A program made the position numbers and the translations under genes. 64,000 nt of DNA, taken from the NCBI GenBank assembly GCA_046348585.1, contig JAXMDZ010000005.1, positions 60,244 to 124,243 of the forward strand. Reading direction: 5' to 3'. Positions within the stretch are counted from its first letter, which is position 1, and every line of letters begins with the position of its first letter. A model generated the notes under the pieces. It was not told the DNA's origin. It searched no databases and was given only the letters and a program-made list of their open reading frames with translations. The DNA is from Alphaproteobacteria bacterium. GTDB lineage: Bacteria; Pseudomonadota; Alphaproteobacteria; Micropepsales; Micropepsaceae. Shown piece after piece: positions 20,100-30,548 of the stretch.

Positions 20100-20651
20100 A
20101 TGACGCCCCCGAAGAAGACGTCGATCGCCCTGCCCCCCAAGGTAAAGATGCCGGAAAAGACCTCGATCGCTTCGAGCCCCGAAGGCGACATCGCCTTCGT
20201 CACGACCCTCGCCCACCTGCTGGAGCAGGCCAACGTCACCGAAATCGAGGTCGAGCGCGCCGGGCTGAAGGTCCGCGTCTCGCGCGCCTCGGCGGCGGCG
20301 AGCGTGGTCTATGCGCCGGCGCCCGCCCCGGCGGCCGCGCCCGCACCGGCCGCCGCCGCGCCGGCGCCCAAGCCCTCCGCCCTCACGCCGGCCGCCGAGA
20401 CCGACTGGTCCAAGCATCCCGGCGCGGTGCTCTCGCCGATGGTCGGCACCGCCTATCTGGCCCCCCAGCCGGGGGCCGCGCCCTTCGTCCAGGTCGGCGA
20501 CACGGTCAAGGAAGACCAGACGCTGCTGATCGTCGAGGCGATGAAGACCATGAACCCCATTCCCGCCCCCAAGGCCGGACGGATCGTCCAGATCTTCGTC
20601 GCCGACGCGAGGCCCGTCGAATACGGCGAAGTCCTCATGATCATCGAGTAG
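20100..20651 (+). CDS. accB: Acetyl-CoA carboxylase biotin carboxyl carrier protein
   Basis: SPMVGT, EAMKTMN biotinylation motif, Ala/Pro linker. Confidence 0.95.
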   Translation: MTPPKKTSIALPPKVKMPEKTSIASSPEGDIAFVTTLAHLLEQANVTEIEVERAGLKVRVSRASAAASVVYAPAPAPAAAPAPAAAAPAPKPSALTPAAETDWSKHPGAVLSPMVGTAYLAPQPGAAPFVQVGDTVKEDQTLLIVEAMKTMNPIPAPKAGRIVQIFVADARPVEYGEVLMIIE

Positions 20652-20666
20652 GGGGACCATCCCCGC

Positions 20667-22013
20667 ATGTTCGACAAGGTACTGATCGCCAATCGCGGCG
20701 AGATCGCCATGCGCGTCGTGCGCGCCTGCCGCGAAATGGGCATCAAGACGGTGGCGGTGCATTCCACCGCCGACGCCAACGCCATGCATGTGCGCATGGC
20801 CGACGAAAGCGTCTGCATCGGCCCGCCGGCGGCGAAGGATTCCTATCTCAACGTCCCGGCGCTGATCGCCGCCTGCGAGATCACCCAGGCCAACGCGATC
20901 CATCCCGGCTACGGCTTCCTGTCGGAGAACGCCCGCTTCGCCGAGATCGTCACCGCGCACAACATCACCTTCATCGGCCCGACGGCGGAGCACATCCGCA
21001 TCATGGGCGACAAGGTGGAGGCGAAGCGCACCGCCAAGATGCTCGGCATCCCGGTGGTGCCCGGCTCGGACGGCGCGGTGCAGGAATCGGAGGCGCTCTC
21101 GATCGCCGCGTCGATCGGCTATCCGGTGCTGATCAAGGCGGCTTCCGGCGGCGGCGGCCGCGGCATGAAGGTCGTCACCCACGAGGGCGAACTGCTCTCG
21201 CAGCTCAGCCTCGCCAAGAACGAGGCCAAGTCGGCGTTCGGCGACGACACCGTCTATATGGAGAAATACCTCTCCACCCCGCGCCACATCGAAGTCCAGG
21301 TGCTGTGCGACATGCACGGCACGGCGCTGCATCTGGGCGAGCGCGACTGCTCGCTCCAGCGCCGTCACCAGAAGGTGCTCGAGGAGGCGACCTCGCCCGC
21401 CCTCAACGCCAGCCAGCGCAGCGAGATCGGCGAGATCGTCGCCAACGCCATGCGCAAGCTCGGCTATGTCGGCGTCGGCACGGTCGAGTTCCTGTACGAG
21501 AACGGGCAGTTCTATTTCATCGAGATGAACACCCGCCTGCAGGTCGAGCATCCGGTGACCGAGATGATCACCGGCCTCGATCTGGTGCGCGAGCAGATCC
21601 GCGTCGCCAACGGCGCGCCGCTGGGCCTCACGCAGGCCGACATCGAGTTCCGCGGCCACGCCATCGAGTGCCGCGTGAACGCCGAGAACCCGGTGACCTT
21701 CAAGCCCTCGCCCGGCACGATCCGCAACTGGCACACGCCGGGCGGCCTCGGCGTGCGCGTCGATAGCGCCGCCTATGCCGGCTACGCCATCCCGCCCTAC
21801 TACGACAGCCTGATCGGCAAGCTGATCGTCCATGGCCGCAATCGCACCGAATGCCTGATGCGGCTGCGCCGCTCGCTGGACGAGTTCGTCGTGGACGGGG
21901 TGGACACCACCATCCCGCTGTTCCAGCGCCTGATGCAGGAGCCGGACTTCCAGAACGGCGACTATCACATCCACTGGCTGGAAGAGTTCCTGAGCCGCAC
22001 CGGCGCGGGCTGA
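20667..22013 (+). CDS. accC: Acetyl-CoA carboxylase biotin carboxylase
   Basis: [34 protein letters not shown]. Confidence 0.97.
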   Translation: MFDKVLIANRGEIAMRVVRACREMGIKTVAVHSTADANAMHVRMADESVCIGPPAAKDSYLNVPALIAACEITQANAIHPGYGFLSENARFAEIVTAHNITFIGPTAEHIRIMGDKVEAKRTAKMLGIPVVPGSDGAVQESEALSIAASIGYPVLIKAASGGGGRGMKVVTHEGELLSQLSLAKNEAKSAFGDDTVYMEKYLSTPRHIEVQVLCDMHGTALHLGERDCSLQRRHQKVLEEATSPALNASQRSEIGEIVANAMRKLGYVGVGTVEFLYENGQFYFIEMNTRLQVEHPVTEMITGLDLVREQIRVANGAPLGLTQADIEFRGHAIECRVNAENPVTFKPSPGTIRNWHTPGGLGVRVDSAAYAGYAIPPYYDSLIGKLIVHGRNRTECLMRLRRSLDEFVVDGVDTTIPLFQRLMQEPDFQNGDYHIHWLEEFLSRTGAG

Positions 22014-22072
22014 GGGGCGCTCGCCCCTCGCCTGTCGCGCGCGGCGGCGGCCGCTTCGGCTATAAGCACGCC

Positions 22073-22711
22073 ATGCCCGCGCTCGACGCCGACACGCTGC
22101 TGAAAGCCTACGCCATCGGCGTCTTTCCGATGGCGATGTCGCGCGACGATCCCGAACTGCACTGGTTCGATCCAGAGAAGCGCGGGATCATCCCGCTCGA
22201 CCGCTTTCACATCCCCCGCCGTCTCGCCCGCACGCTGCGCGCCGAGCCGTTCCGCGTCACCGCCGACACCGCCTTCGAGCGGGTGATGCGGCTATGCGCC
22301 GAGCCGCGGCCGGGGCGCACCGAGACCTGGATCAACGAGACGATCGTCGATCTCTACACCGAGCTCCACGATCGCGGGCACGCCCATTCGATCGAGTGCT
22401 GGCATGGCGAGGATCTGGTGGGCGGGCTCTACGGCGTCTCGCTGGGCGCGGCGTTCTTCGGCGAGAGCATGTTCAGCCGGGCGACCGACGCCAGCAAGGT
22501 CGCGCTCTGCGGCCTGGTCAGCGTGCTGAGGGCTGGCGGCTATACGCTGCTCGACACGCAATACCTGACCGGGCACCTGACGCAGTTCGGCGCGGTGGAG
22601 ATTCCCAGGCGCGACTATCGCCGCCGTCTCGCCGAGGCGATCGCCCGGCCGGCCGCGTTTCACTCGCGGGCGGCGTCATCGTCCTCGATCGTGTCGTCGA
22701 TGCTCGGCTGA
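22073..22711 (+). CDS. aat: Leucyl/phenylalanyl-tRNA--protein transferase
   Basis: [41 protein letters not shown]. Confidence 0.93.
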   Translation: MPALDADTLLKAYAIGVFPMAMSRDDPELHWFDPEKRGIIPLDRFHIPRRLARTLRAEPFRVTADTAFERVMRLCAEPRPGRTETWINETIVDLYTELHDRGHAHSIECWHGEDLVGGLYGVSLGAAFFGESMFSRATDASKVALCGLVSVLRAGGYTLLDTQYLTGHLTQFGAVEIPRRDYRRRLAEAIARPAAFHSRAASSSSIVSSMLG

Positions 22712-23238
22712 TCCACCGGCGCCTCGTCGGCCCCGCCGATGGCCGAGGACGGCGCGCCCGGATTGGACGGGTCCTCGACATGGCAGCCGATCACCCAGAC
22801 GTCATAGACCGGGTGTTCCAGCGCGTTGAGGCCGGGGCTGGAGGCGAACATCCAGCCGGAGAACAGCCGTTGCAGGCCGTCGCCCTGCGGCGTGGGTTCG
22901 GTGATGTCCACGAAGACGCTGGTCTCGGGCGTTTCTTCCGGCGGGCGCACATAGCAGGTGCGCGGCGTGATCAGCAGCTTCTTGTAGCGGACCGTCGTGC
23001 CGACCGGCGCTTCGAAGCGCACGGTGCGGGCGGTGATCTTGTCGAGGCCGCCCATAATGATCGAGCGCTTGACGCCCTTCTCGTCCGGCACCGCGTCCTC
23101 GAAGGTCGCGGGGCGGTCGAGCACGGCCGGCAGGTCGGCGAGCCGCACCTGCACCGTGGCGGCAGGCTGCGCCTCCTGCGCCCCGGCGCCCGGGAGCAGC
23201 AGTGCCGCGATGAGGAGAGGAACGGAGTGACGGATCAT
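22660..23238 (-). CDS. DUF2155 family protein
   Basis: GLDKITAR...[28 protein letters not shown]. Confidence 0.85.
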   Translation of the reverse strand: MIRHSVPLLIAALLLPGAGAQEAQPAATVQVRLADLPAVLDRPATFEDAVPDEKGVKRSIIMGGLDKITARTVRFEAPVGTTVRYKKLLITPRTCYVRPPEETPETSVFVDITEPTPQGDGLQRLFSGWMFASSPGLNALEHPVYDVWVIGCHVEDPSNPGAPSSAIGGADEAPVDQPSIDDTIEDDDAARE

Positions 23239-23286
23239 GGGATCACAGAACGACGCGATTGCGGCCGAAAGCAGGCGCGCCCGGCT

Positions 23287-23667
23287 TCAATCGGGCGTCC
23301 AGGCCTCGTAGTCGCCCGTCGCCTTGGGCCGCTTGCCCTCGGCATAGAGGCTGCCCCTGGGCCGGTAGGCGTAGGGCGTGCCCGTCATGTTGGGCACATG
23401 CGGCTTCTCCCACGGCTTCACCACCGGCGGGTCCTCGGTCGGCGGCTTCTCGCCGGTGTGATGCAGCCAGTGATGCCATTCGGGCGGCACCCGCGACGGC
23501 TCGGCGAGGCCCTTGTAGATGACCCAGCGGCGCGAGGAATCGCGGTTGCGGTAGTAGCGGTTGCCCTGGGTGTCCTCGCCGACGAAGACGCCGCTGCGCC
23601 AGGTGGTCCAGTAGGTGCCGGCCGTGGCGCTGTTCCACCAGGTGAAGATGCTGCTGACGAGGCCCAT
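23287..23667 (-). CDS. NADH:ubiquinone oxidoreductase subunit NDUFA12 family
   Basis: VGEDTQGNRYY, RRWVIY, VPPEWHHWLHH, WEKPHVPNMTGT. Confidence 0.9.
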   Translation of the reverse strand: MGLVSSIFTWWNSATAGTYWTTWRSGVFVGEDTQGNRYYRNRDSSRRWVIYKGLAEPSRVPPEWHHWLHHTGEKPPTEDPPVVKPWEKPHVPNMTGTPYAYRPRGSLYAEGKRPKATGDYEAWTPD

Positions 23668-23945
23668 GCGGCGCTCCGGTTGAATGCGAATCCCTTATGG
23701 CGAATCCGGCCGGTGCGGGCAATGAGGCCGGACCGATTCTCTGGGGCCGAACGCCCCTTCCCGTCCATTCCGGCGGCTTGCGGCATCGCCGCCGCAATCT
23801 CTCGTTTACCACATTCTGGGCGTACCCCCGAGACTCAGGGGGCGCGATCGTCAAGACGATTTGGCGACAATTTTTTTGCGCTTCCGAGGGCCTCCGGTAA
23901 GCCCCTGACTCCACACCGCGATTCAGACGGCGCGCAACATCATTA

Positions 23946-23992
23946 CCACCACATATGGTGGGCTTGCGCGATGTTAACTCAAAATCTGTTGC
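23946..23992. promoter_or_regulatory. Tandem NrdR boxes upstream of nrdJ
   Basis: ccaCcAcATaTgGtgg (23946-23961) and a weaker actCaAaATcTgttgc (23977-23992), 31 bp apart, matching acaCwAtATaTwGtgt. Confidence 0.7.
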
Positions 23993-24190
23993 GCACCCCC
24001 GGCAGAAGTGGTTCGCTTTGGGCCGTCGATACGCGCTGAACGCCACCCCTCAAATCGGTGGGAGGGGGAGTGGCGGGCGGGGGGTCGGCGGGGGACTTTT
24101 TTTGAAATTCAAGGGTTTCGGGGACGTTCGCAATGCATGCGCACGGCCGGCGGAATACCTGTCACTGAAGACCAGAGGGCTTTCAGGCTT

Positions 24191-27100
24191 ATGCGCATCG
24201 AACGCCACTTCACCCAGGGCAAGACCGACGCCTATGAGGGGATCGCCTTCCGCCAGGCGACCAGCGAAATCCGCAATCCCGACGGCTCGGTCGTCTTCCG
24301 CCAGGAGAACATCGAGGTTCCGGCCGCCTGGAGCCAGGTGGCGAGCGACGTGCTCGCCCAGAAATATTTCCGCCGCAAGGGCGTGGCGAGCGAGCTGAAG
24401 GCCGTCGAGGAGAACACCGTCCCCTCGTGGCTGTGGCGCAAGGTCCCGGCCGAGGGCGCCTCGACCGAAGCCGGCGAAACCTCGGCCAAGCAGGTCTTCG
24501 ACCGTCTGGCCGGCACCTGGACCTATTGGGGCTGGAAGGGCGGCTATTTCGAGGCCGAGGCCGACGCCCGCGCCTTCTACGACGAGATGCGCTTCATGCT
24601 GGCCATGCAGATGGCCGCCCCCAACTCGCCGCAGTGGTTCAACACCGGCCTGCACTGGGCCTATGGCATCGACGGCCCCAGCCAGGGCCATTTCTACGTC
24701 GATTACGAGAGCGGCGAACTGACCCGCTCGACCTCGTCCTACGAGCACCCGCAGCCGCACGCCTGCTTCATCCAGGGCGTCGCCGACGATCTGGTCAACG
24801 ACGGCGGCATCATGGATCTGTGGGTCCGCGAGGCGCGCCTGTTCAAATACGGCTCGGGCACCGGCTCGAACTTCTCGGCGATCCGCGGCGAGAACGAGCC
24901 GCTGGGCGGCGGCGGCAAATCGTCGGGCCTGATGAGCTTCCTGAAGATCGGCGACCGGGCGGCCGGCGCGATCAAGTCGGGCGGCACGACGCGCCGCGCC
25001 GCGAAGATGGTGGTGGTCGACGTCGATCACCCCGACATCGAGGAGTTCATCGACTGGAAGGTGATCGAGGAGCAGAAGGTGGCGGCGCTCGTCACCGGCT
25101 CCAAGACGATGGAGAAGCACCTCGCGGCGGTGATGAAGGCCTGCGTCAACTGCGACGGCTCGGGCGAGGATTGCTACGACCCGGCCAAGAACCCGGCGCT
25201 GAAGCGCGAGATCAGGGCCGCCAAGAAGGCGATGATCCCCGAGAACTACATCCAGCGGGTGATCCATTTCGCGCGCCAGGGCTACAAGAGCCTGGAGATC
25301 CGCACCTACGACACCGACTGGGATTCGGACGCCTATCTGTCGGTCGCCGGGCAGAACTCGAACAATTCGATCCGCGTCAACGACGACTTCCTGCGCGCCG
25401 TGGAGACCGGCGGCGACTGGAACCTCACCCGCCGGGTGAGCGGCAAGGCGCACAAGACGCTGAACGCCCGCGATTTGTGGGAGAAGATCTCCTACGCCGC
25501 CTGGGCCTGCGCCGACCCCGGCATCCAGTTCCACACCACCATCAACGACTGGCACACCTGCCCCGAGAGCGGGCCGATCCGGGCGAGCAATCCGTGTTCG
25601 GAATACATGTTCCTGGACGACACGGCCTGCAACCTCGCCTCGCTGAACCTGCTCACCTTCCGCTCGCCCGACGCGAACGGCGTGCAGAAATTCGACATCG
25701 CCGCCTTCGAGCACGCCTGCCGTCTGTGGACGATCGTGCTGGAAATCTCGGTGATGATGGCGCAGTTCCCGTCGAAGGAGATCGCGCAGCTATCTTACGA
25801 ATACCGCACGCTCGGACTGGGCTACGCCAATATCGGCGGCTTCCTGATGTCGGCGGGTCTCGCCTATGACAGCGAGGAGGGCCGCGCCATCGCCGGGGCG
25901 ATCACCGCGCTGATGACCGGCATCTCCTACGCCACCTCGGCGGAGATGGCGGGCGAGCTTGGCCCCTTCCCCGGCTATACCCGCAACGCGCCGCACATGC
26001 TGCGCGTCATCCGCAACCATCGCCGCGCCGCCTATGGCGAGGCCGGCGGCTACGAGAAGGTCGCCATCGCGCCGGTGCCGCTGAAGGCCCAGCATGTGAG
26101 CGTGCCCGGCCTCGTGGACGCGGTGCGCAAGGCCTGGGACACCGCGCTGATGAAGGGCGGGCTCAACGGCTATCGCAACGCCCAGGCGACGGTGATCGCG
26201 CCGACCGGCACGATCGGCCTGGTGATGGATTGCGACACCACCGGCATCGAACCCGACTTCGCGCTGGTGAAGTTCAAGAAGCTGGCCGGCGGCGGCTATT
26301 TCAAGATCATCAACCAGTCGGTGCCCGAGGCGCTGACGGCGCTCGGCTACACCGCCGAGCAGCGCGAGGACATCGTCAATTACGCGGTCGGCCGCGGCAC
26401 GCTGAAGGGCGCGAACGCGCTCGGCCACGGGGCGCTGCGCGCCAAGGGCTTCGGCGACGCGCAGATCGAGGCGATCGAGGCGGCGCTGGGCACGGCGTTC
26501 GACATCCGCTTCGCCTTCAACCGCTGGACGTTGGGCGAGGAATTCTGCCGCGACGTGCTGAAGCTCTCCGACGAGCAGCTTGAGGACGGCGGCTTCGACC
26601 TGCTCGCCCATCTCGGCTTCGCCAAGGCGGAGATCGAGGCGGCCAATCTGTGGGTCTGCGGGGCGATGACGCTGGAAGGCGCGCCGCACCTGAAGGAGAA
26701 GCACCTGCCGGTCTTCGACTGCGCCAATCCGTGCGGCCGCATCGGCAAGCGCTTCCTGTCGGTCGAAAGCCATATCCGCATGATGGCGGCGGCGCAGCCC
26801 TTCATCTCGGGCGCGATCTCCAAGACCATCAACATGCCGAACAACGCCGGCGTGAAGGAATGCGGCGACGCCTATCTGCTGTCGTGGAAGCTGGCGCTGA
26901 AGGCCAACGCGCTCTACCGCGACGGCTCGAAGCTGTCGCAGCCGCTGTCCTCGCAGCTCGTGTCGGACAACGATAACGAGGAGGACGATGCGGTCGAGGC
27001 GCTGATCGCTGCGCCGCAGGCCCAGCGCACCGTGCAGGTGACCGAGAAGATCGTCGAGCGGATCGTGGAGCGCGTGCGCGAGCGCGCGGCCCGCGAGAAG

Positions 27101-27940
27101 CTGCCCGGCCGCCGCAAGGGCTATACCCAGAAGGCCGAGGTCGGCGGGCACAAGGTCTATCTGCGTACCGGCGAATACGAGAACGGCAAGATCGGCGAAA
27201 TCTTCATCGACATGCACAAGGAAGGCGCCGCCTTCCGCAGCCTGATGAACAATTTCGCCATCGCCATCAGCCTCGGCCTGCAATACGGCGTGCCGCTTGA
27301 GGAATACGTCGAGGCCTTCGTGTTCACGAAGTTCGAGCCGGCCGGCCTGGTGCTGGGCAACGACTCGATCAAGAACGCGACCAGCGTGCTCGACTACATC
27401 TTCCGCGAACTGGCGGTTTCGTATCTGGGCCGCCACGACCTCGCCCATGTGGTGCCGCGCGACGACGACGACGAGGATTTGGGCGGCGGCGAGGCGCAGG
27501 ACCGCGAGCGGCTGAAGCGCCCGGCGGCGGTGGAGCGCGCGGTCTCGACCGGCTTCGTGCGCGGCCGCACGCTGAGCCTGGTGGACCGGGGCAATGCGGC
27601 GCGCGTTCTGGAGCCGGAAATCTCGGTCGAGGCGCGGCTGGACGACATCCGCAACCAGATCGCCGAGCAGGTGATGGAACACCCGGTCGTGCGGGTGACG
27701 GAGACGGCGGAGGCGACGAGCTTCAACCGGGTGGCCGAGCTGTTCGACAAGGCGGAGGCGAAGATGTCGCCCGCCGAGATCACGCGGCTGAAGCGCGAGG
27801 CCGAAGGCCGCCGCCGCGCCGAGGCGCGCCTCAAAGGCTATGAGGGCGACGCCTGCGGCGCGTGCGGCAACTTCACGCTGGTCCGCAACGGCACCTGCAT
27901 GAAGTGCGACACGTGCGGCTCAACCAGCGGATGTAGTTGA
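24191..27940 (+). CDS. nrdJ: Class II (vitamin B12-dependent) ribonucleotide reductase
   Basis: [35 protein letters not shown]-like domain, C-terminal CxxC...CxxC. Confidence 0.96.
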   Translation: MRIERHFTQGKTDAYEGIAFRQATSEIRNPDGSVVFRQENIEVPAAWSQVASDVLAQKYFRRKGVASELKAVEENTVPSWLWRKVPAEGASTEAGETSAKQVFDRLAGTWTYWGWKGGYFEAEADARAFYDEMRFMLAMQMAAPNSPQWFNTGLHWAYGIDGPSQGHFYVDYESGELTRSTSSYEHPQPHACFIQGVADDLVNDGGIMDLWVREARLFKYGSGTGSNFSAIRGENEPLGGGGKSSGLMSFLKIGDRAAGAIKSGGTTRRAAKMVVVDVDHPDIEEFIDWKVIEEQKVAALVTGSKTMEKHLAAVMKACVNCDGSGEDCYDPAKNPALKREIRAAKKAMIPENYIQRVIHFARQGYKSLEIRTYDTDWDSDAYLSVAGQNSNNSIRVNDDFLRAVETGGDWNLTRRVSGKAHKTLNARDLWEKISYAAWACADPGIQFHTTINDWHTCPESGPIRASNPCSEYMFLDDTACNLASLNLLTFRSPDANGVQKFDIAAFEHACRLWTIVLEISVMMAQFPSKEIAQLSYEYRTLGLGYANIGGFLMSAGLAYDSEEGRAIAGAITALMTGISYATSAEMAGELGPFPGYTRNAPHMLRVIRNHRRAAYGEAGGYEKVAIAPVPLKAQHVSVPGLVDAVRKAWDTALMKGGLNGYRNAQATVIAPTGTIGLVMDCDTTGIEPDFALVKFKKLAGGGYFKIINQSVPEALTALGYTAEQREDIVNYAVGRGTLKGANALGHGALRAKGFGDAQIEAIEAALGTAFDIRFAFNRWTLGEEFCRDVLKLSDEQLEDGGFDLLAHLGFAKAEIEAANLWVCGAMTLEGAPHLKEKHLPVFDCANPCGRIGKRFLSVESHIRMMAAAQPFISGAISKTINMPNNAGVKECGDAYLLSWKLALKANALYRDGSKLSQPLSSQLVSDNDNEEDDAVEALIAAPQAQRTVQVTEKIVERIVERVRERAAREKLPGRRKGYTQKAEVGGHKVYLRTGEYENGKIGEIFIDMHKEGAAFRSLMNNFAIAISLGLQYGVPLEEYVEAFVFTKFEPAGLVLGNDSIKNATSVLDYIFRELAVSYLGRHDLAHVVPRDDDDEDLGGGEAQDRERLKRPAAVERAVSTGFVRGRTLSLVDRGNAARVLEPEISVEARLDDIRNQIAEQVMEHPVVRVTETAEATSFNRVAELFDKAEAKMSPAEITRLKREAEGRRRAEARLKGYEGDACGACGNFTLVRNGTCMKCDTCGSTSGCS

Positions 27941-27956
27941 ACTGCAGGGCGACGAA

Positions 27957-29501
27957 TTAAGCTTGGGTCTTGTGCCAATCCACTCGAGGTTTGAACGAAG
28001 GATATCCTTCGTTCACCTTCTCTAAGATTCGATTCAGAATCTTACAGGCATCCATAAGAACTGACGGGACCCTACCATTTTCTCTCGGCACCCGATGCAA
28101 TCGATGCAGTGGATTCAAGCACGGAGTATAGGACTGCTCGCGGATTGCACCCCATTGGCCATGCACAGAAGCTGAAGTCCAACTGTAGTATCTATCGTAT
28201 AAGTCTTTTGATCCTGAAAATTCTGCCATCGATCGAAGATTGTTTCCTGACCAAGCACCCAGTTCGATCTTTTGATACTCCATCCAAGTGTCTTCGTTGG
28301 CCAATTCCTGGAGGTCCTCGATCTTAATGAAGTCCGGAAGCTCCTCTTCCTCTATCATTTTTAAGAATGACAGCTTTGCTTGCCCATAACCATAGTTTCT
28401 ATATTGCGTCCAAAGAGAGTCATCGGCTTTCTTGGATAGGTATTCCAAAGTAATTGCTATTTCAACCAATGCCCTCAAAGCTATGCGGCCCAGCGCTTGT
28501 GAATGCACCGAACCCTCACATGACTGTCGCACTAAATCTATCGCGTAGAGAGCGAAGCCAAAAGTTGCATCATGGCGGGGGTCGATTCCTGTAGAAACAT
28601 CAGTTTCAAAAAAATGCTTCTCCACTTCCCTATATAGTCGGACCAAATTCCCTTTCAGTTCCATAACATTTTGAGGAAAGGGCCACTTCAAATTCAATGG
28701 AAAGCACTTAGTCCTTTCTTTGCACACTCGCCAAAACGACTCTGCCAAGAAGGTAGCCTTGGTGGCACGATCAACTAGTGGCGCGATCATCTCGTTGGGT
28801 AGGCTAAACTCCTCCTCAGACGCTCTAAAACCGATCTCCAAAGATCGTATGGAAGGCCGAACTGACCTCATGTCGCCCCAATGCGGGAATTTCACAATTC
28901 CTCTAATGACGCCCTCCATGTTGCTGGGAAATTTGATGCGGTTAGTAACAATCTTCTGAAAGACTTTGAACCATCGAATGTCCGTGGACCTCTCTGACTG
29001 ATGAAATAATACATGGGATACTGCCGAAGCTAGACGATAAAACGTATCCGTCGGCATTTTTTTCGGAAGAAATTTGTCCCAGTGCTGGAAATCTGGCAGA
29101 ATATCAAAGAATCGCAGAATCGTCATCGCGTCTAATAGCTCCGGGCGCTCAGCAATAGGTTCGAAAACAGAACAAAAATCTTCGTACCTCAAGAACTCAA
29201 TATAGTTATGCACAAGGGGGTAGTTGCAGTACGGCTCCTGAAGTTTGCTAGATAATTCGGCGATATTGCGGAACAATGATATATACTCTTCACGCTTGAG
29301 TTCTGAAGCAAGAACGATCAACCACATGACGTTTGGAATTCCAACGTCTTTCCACGAACTCAGCGACATGCTCTCTTCCATTCTGTGATACGATGATAGA
29401 ATGGTTTTGCCGCGCCGCTTGTGGCTCGCCAACGGCGTGATCATTTGACCGGGGAATTTTGTTGCCCGGATCGAATTTCCACCTTTTTTCTTCTTAGACA
29501 T
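27957..29501 (-). CDS. Low-GC hypothetical protein, DUF5677-like C-terminal domain
   Basis: 514-codon ORF at about 40-45% GC (hand-counted lines). LRALVEIAITLEYL and Y...SASVHG motifs recall DUF5677; CLNPLHRLH motif. Confidence 0.65.
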   Translation of the reverse strand: MSKKKKGGNSIRATKFPGQMITPLASHKRRGKTILSSYHRMEESMSLSSWKDVGIPNVMWLIVLASELKREEYISLFRNIAELSSKLQEPYCNYPLVHNYIEFLRYEDFCSVFEPIAERPELLDAMTILRFFDILPDFQHWDKFLPKKMPTDTFYRLASAVSHVLFHQSERSTDIRWFKVFQKIVTNRIKFPSNMEGVIRGIVKFPHWGDMRSVRPSIRSLEIGFRASEEEFSLPNEMIAPLVDRATKATFLAESFWRVCKERTKCFPLNLKWPFPQNVMELKGNLVRLYREVEKHFFETDVSTGIDPRHDATFGFALYAIDLVRQSCEGSVHSQALGRIALRALVEIAITLEYLSKKADDSLWTQYRNYGYGQAKLSFLKMIEEEELPDFIKIEDLQELANEDTWMEYQKIELGAWSGNNLRSMAEFSGSKDLYDRYYSWTSASVHGQWGAIREQSYTPCLNPLHRLHRVPRENGRVPSVLMDACKILNRILEKVNEGYPSFKPRVDWHKTQA

Positions 29502-29810
29502 TGACAGCAGCCCCGTTTTGACAGCCCACACCAACTTGAGTTGATGCAAATTGCGATATTGTTGGTGACGGATCGGGGTTCGAAGACCACTTACCGTCTT
29601 GTTTAGCCGACGTAACGCAAAAACGCGGTGTGCCGTGGGTGATGATCAGATACTAACAGGTTGTTTGACTTTCCCATTGCCGCCTATCTCGTGGGAATAC
29701 AGCGACAGTTTACTAGATAGCGCCGTGATCTGAAATGCTGCTGTCCGCGCCAAAGGCCCACTTCCGCGAGCGGGAAGCGCGAAGACGTTTTCGCGTGCTT
29801 CGCCGGGCAT

Positions 29811-29930
29811 CTTCCCCCGATGGGGGAAGGAGGCTTGCTCCTGCCGGCGGCGCCGCACTCTCCCCTTCCCCCAGCGAGCGCCGCAGGCGGTCGCGGTGCG
29901 GGGGAAGGTGGCGCGTAGCGACGGAAGGGA
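29811..29930. repeat. Palindromic repeat cluster left of the DUF559 gene
   Basis: cttcccccgatgggggaagg (29811-29830); ccttccccc...gggggaagg stem (29864-29908) followed by tggc-gcgtagcg-acggaaggg. Confidence 0.8.
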
Positions 29931-29965
29931 GGCTTCGATGGCCTTCGCCGCGCAGCGGCGGCCGC

Positions 29966-30304
29966 TCACGTGCGCGTCAGCGCTCGGTAGATCGTCTCGA
30001 TGACGTCGCGGGGGCGCTTGAAGACGTCTTCGTTCTGGAATCGCAGAACGCGGATGCCTTGTCTCTCCAGGAACGCCGCGCGCCGCGCGTCATAGGCGAG
30101 CGCAGCGTCATCGAAGTGCTGGCCGCCATCGAGTTCGACCGCGAGCTTCTCGGCGAAGCAGTAGAAGTCGAGGATGTAGGGCTCCGCCGGGTGCTGGCGG
30201 CGGAAGCGGTAGCCTTCAAGCTGCTTGCGGCGCAGCAGCGTCCAGAGCCGGCGTTCGGCCTCCGTCTGGTTGCGGCGCAGGGCGCGGGCGTTGGGGTTCG
30301 GCAT
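29966..30304 (-). CDS. DUF559 / Vsr-like PD-(D/E)XK endonuclease
   Basis: ARALRRNQTEAERRLW, FRRQHP, ILDFYC, VELDGGQH, GIRVLRF. Confidence 0.9.
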   Translation of the reverse strand: MPNPNARALRRNQTEAERRLWTLLRRKQLEGYRFRRQHPAEPYILDFYCFAEKLAVELDGGQHFDDAALAYDARRAAFLERQGIRVLRFQNEDVFKRPRDVIETIYRALTRT

Positions 30305-30343
30305 CGGGGTTATTCTGCCACGCGGCGCTCCACGCCCAAGGCC

Positions 30344-30385
30344 CCCTTCCGACCCTTCGGGCCACCTTCCCCCGATGGGGGAAGG
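30344..30385. repeat. Palindromic repeat right of the DUF559 gene, inverted relative to the left unit
   Basis: cccttccgacccttcgggccaccttcccccgatgggggaagg; 30366-30385 is identical to 29811-29830. Confidence 0.8.
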
Positions 30386-30548
30386 GAGGGGGTGGGGCCT
30401 GCGGCATGGCCGCGCATTCCGTCGCTTTTACGGTTTGGGGGCCGAATTGCGGGGCGGTGTGACTCCGGCGTCATGTTCACCAGGCTTTGACCACTCTAAT
30501 TTTACGATGATTCCGATGGCCCCATCGTCGAACAGCACAGAGGACGAG

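Noticed and set aside
28109-28959. Short plus-strand ORFs in the low-GC island as antitoxin or partner genes
   Set aside because: Fully antisense to the 514-aa gene, with no motifs or RBS
27920-29760. Site-specific integration with a duplicated nrdJ 3' end (attL/attR)
   Set aside because: No copy of the nrdJ terminal sequence was found at the right boundary and there is no integrase
29646-29969. 107-aa minus-strand ORF and the overlapping 29735..30490 plus-strand ORF
   Set aside because: They read through palindromic repeats, have Arg-rich nonsense composition, and are shadows of the DUF559 locus
29811-30385. Repeats as a CRISPR array or IS terminal repeats
   Set aside because: No regular repeat-spacer periodicity, no cas genes, no DDE/HUH transposase, and no evident target-site duplication
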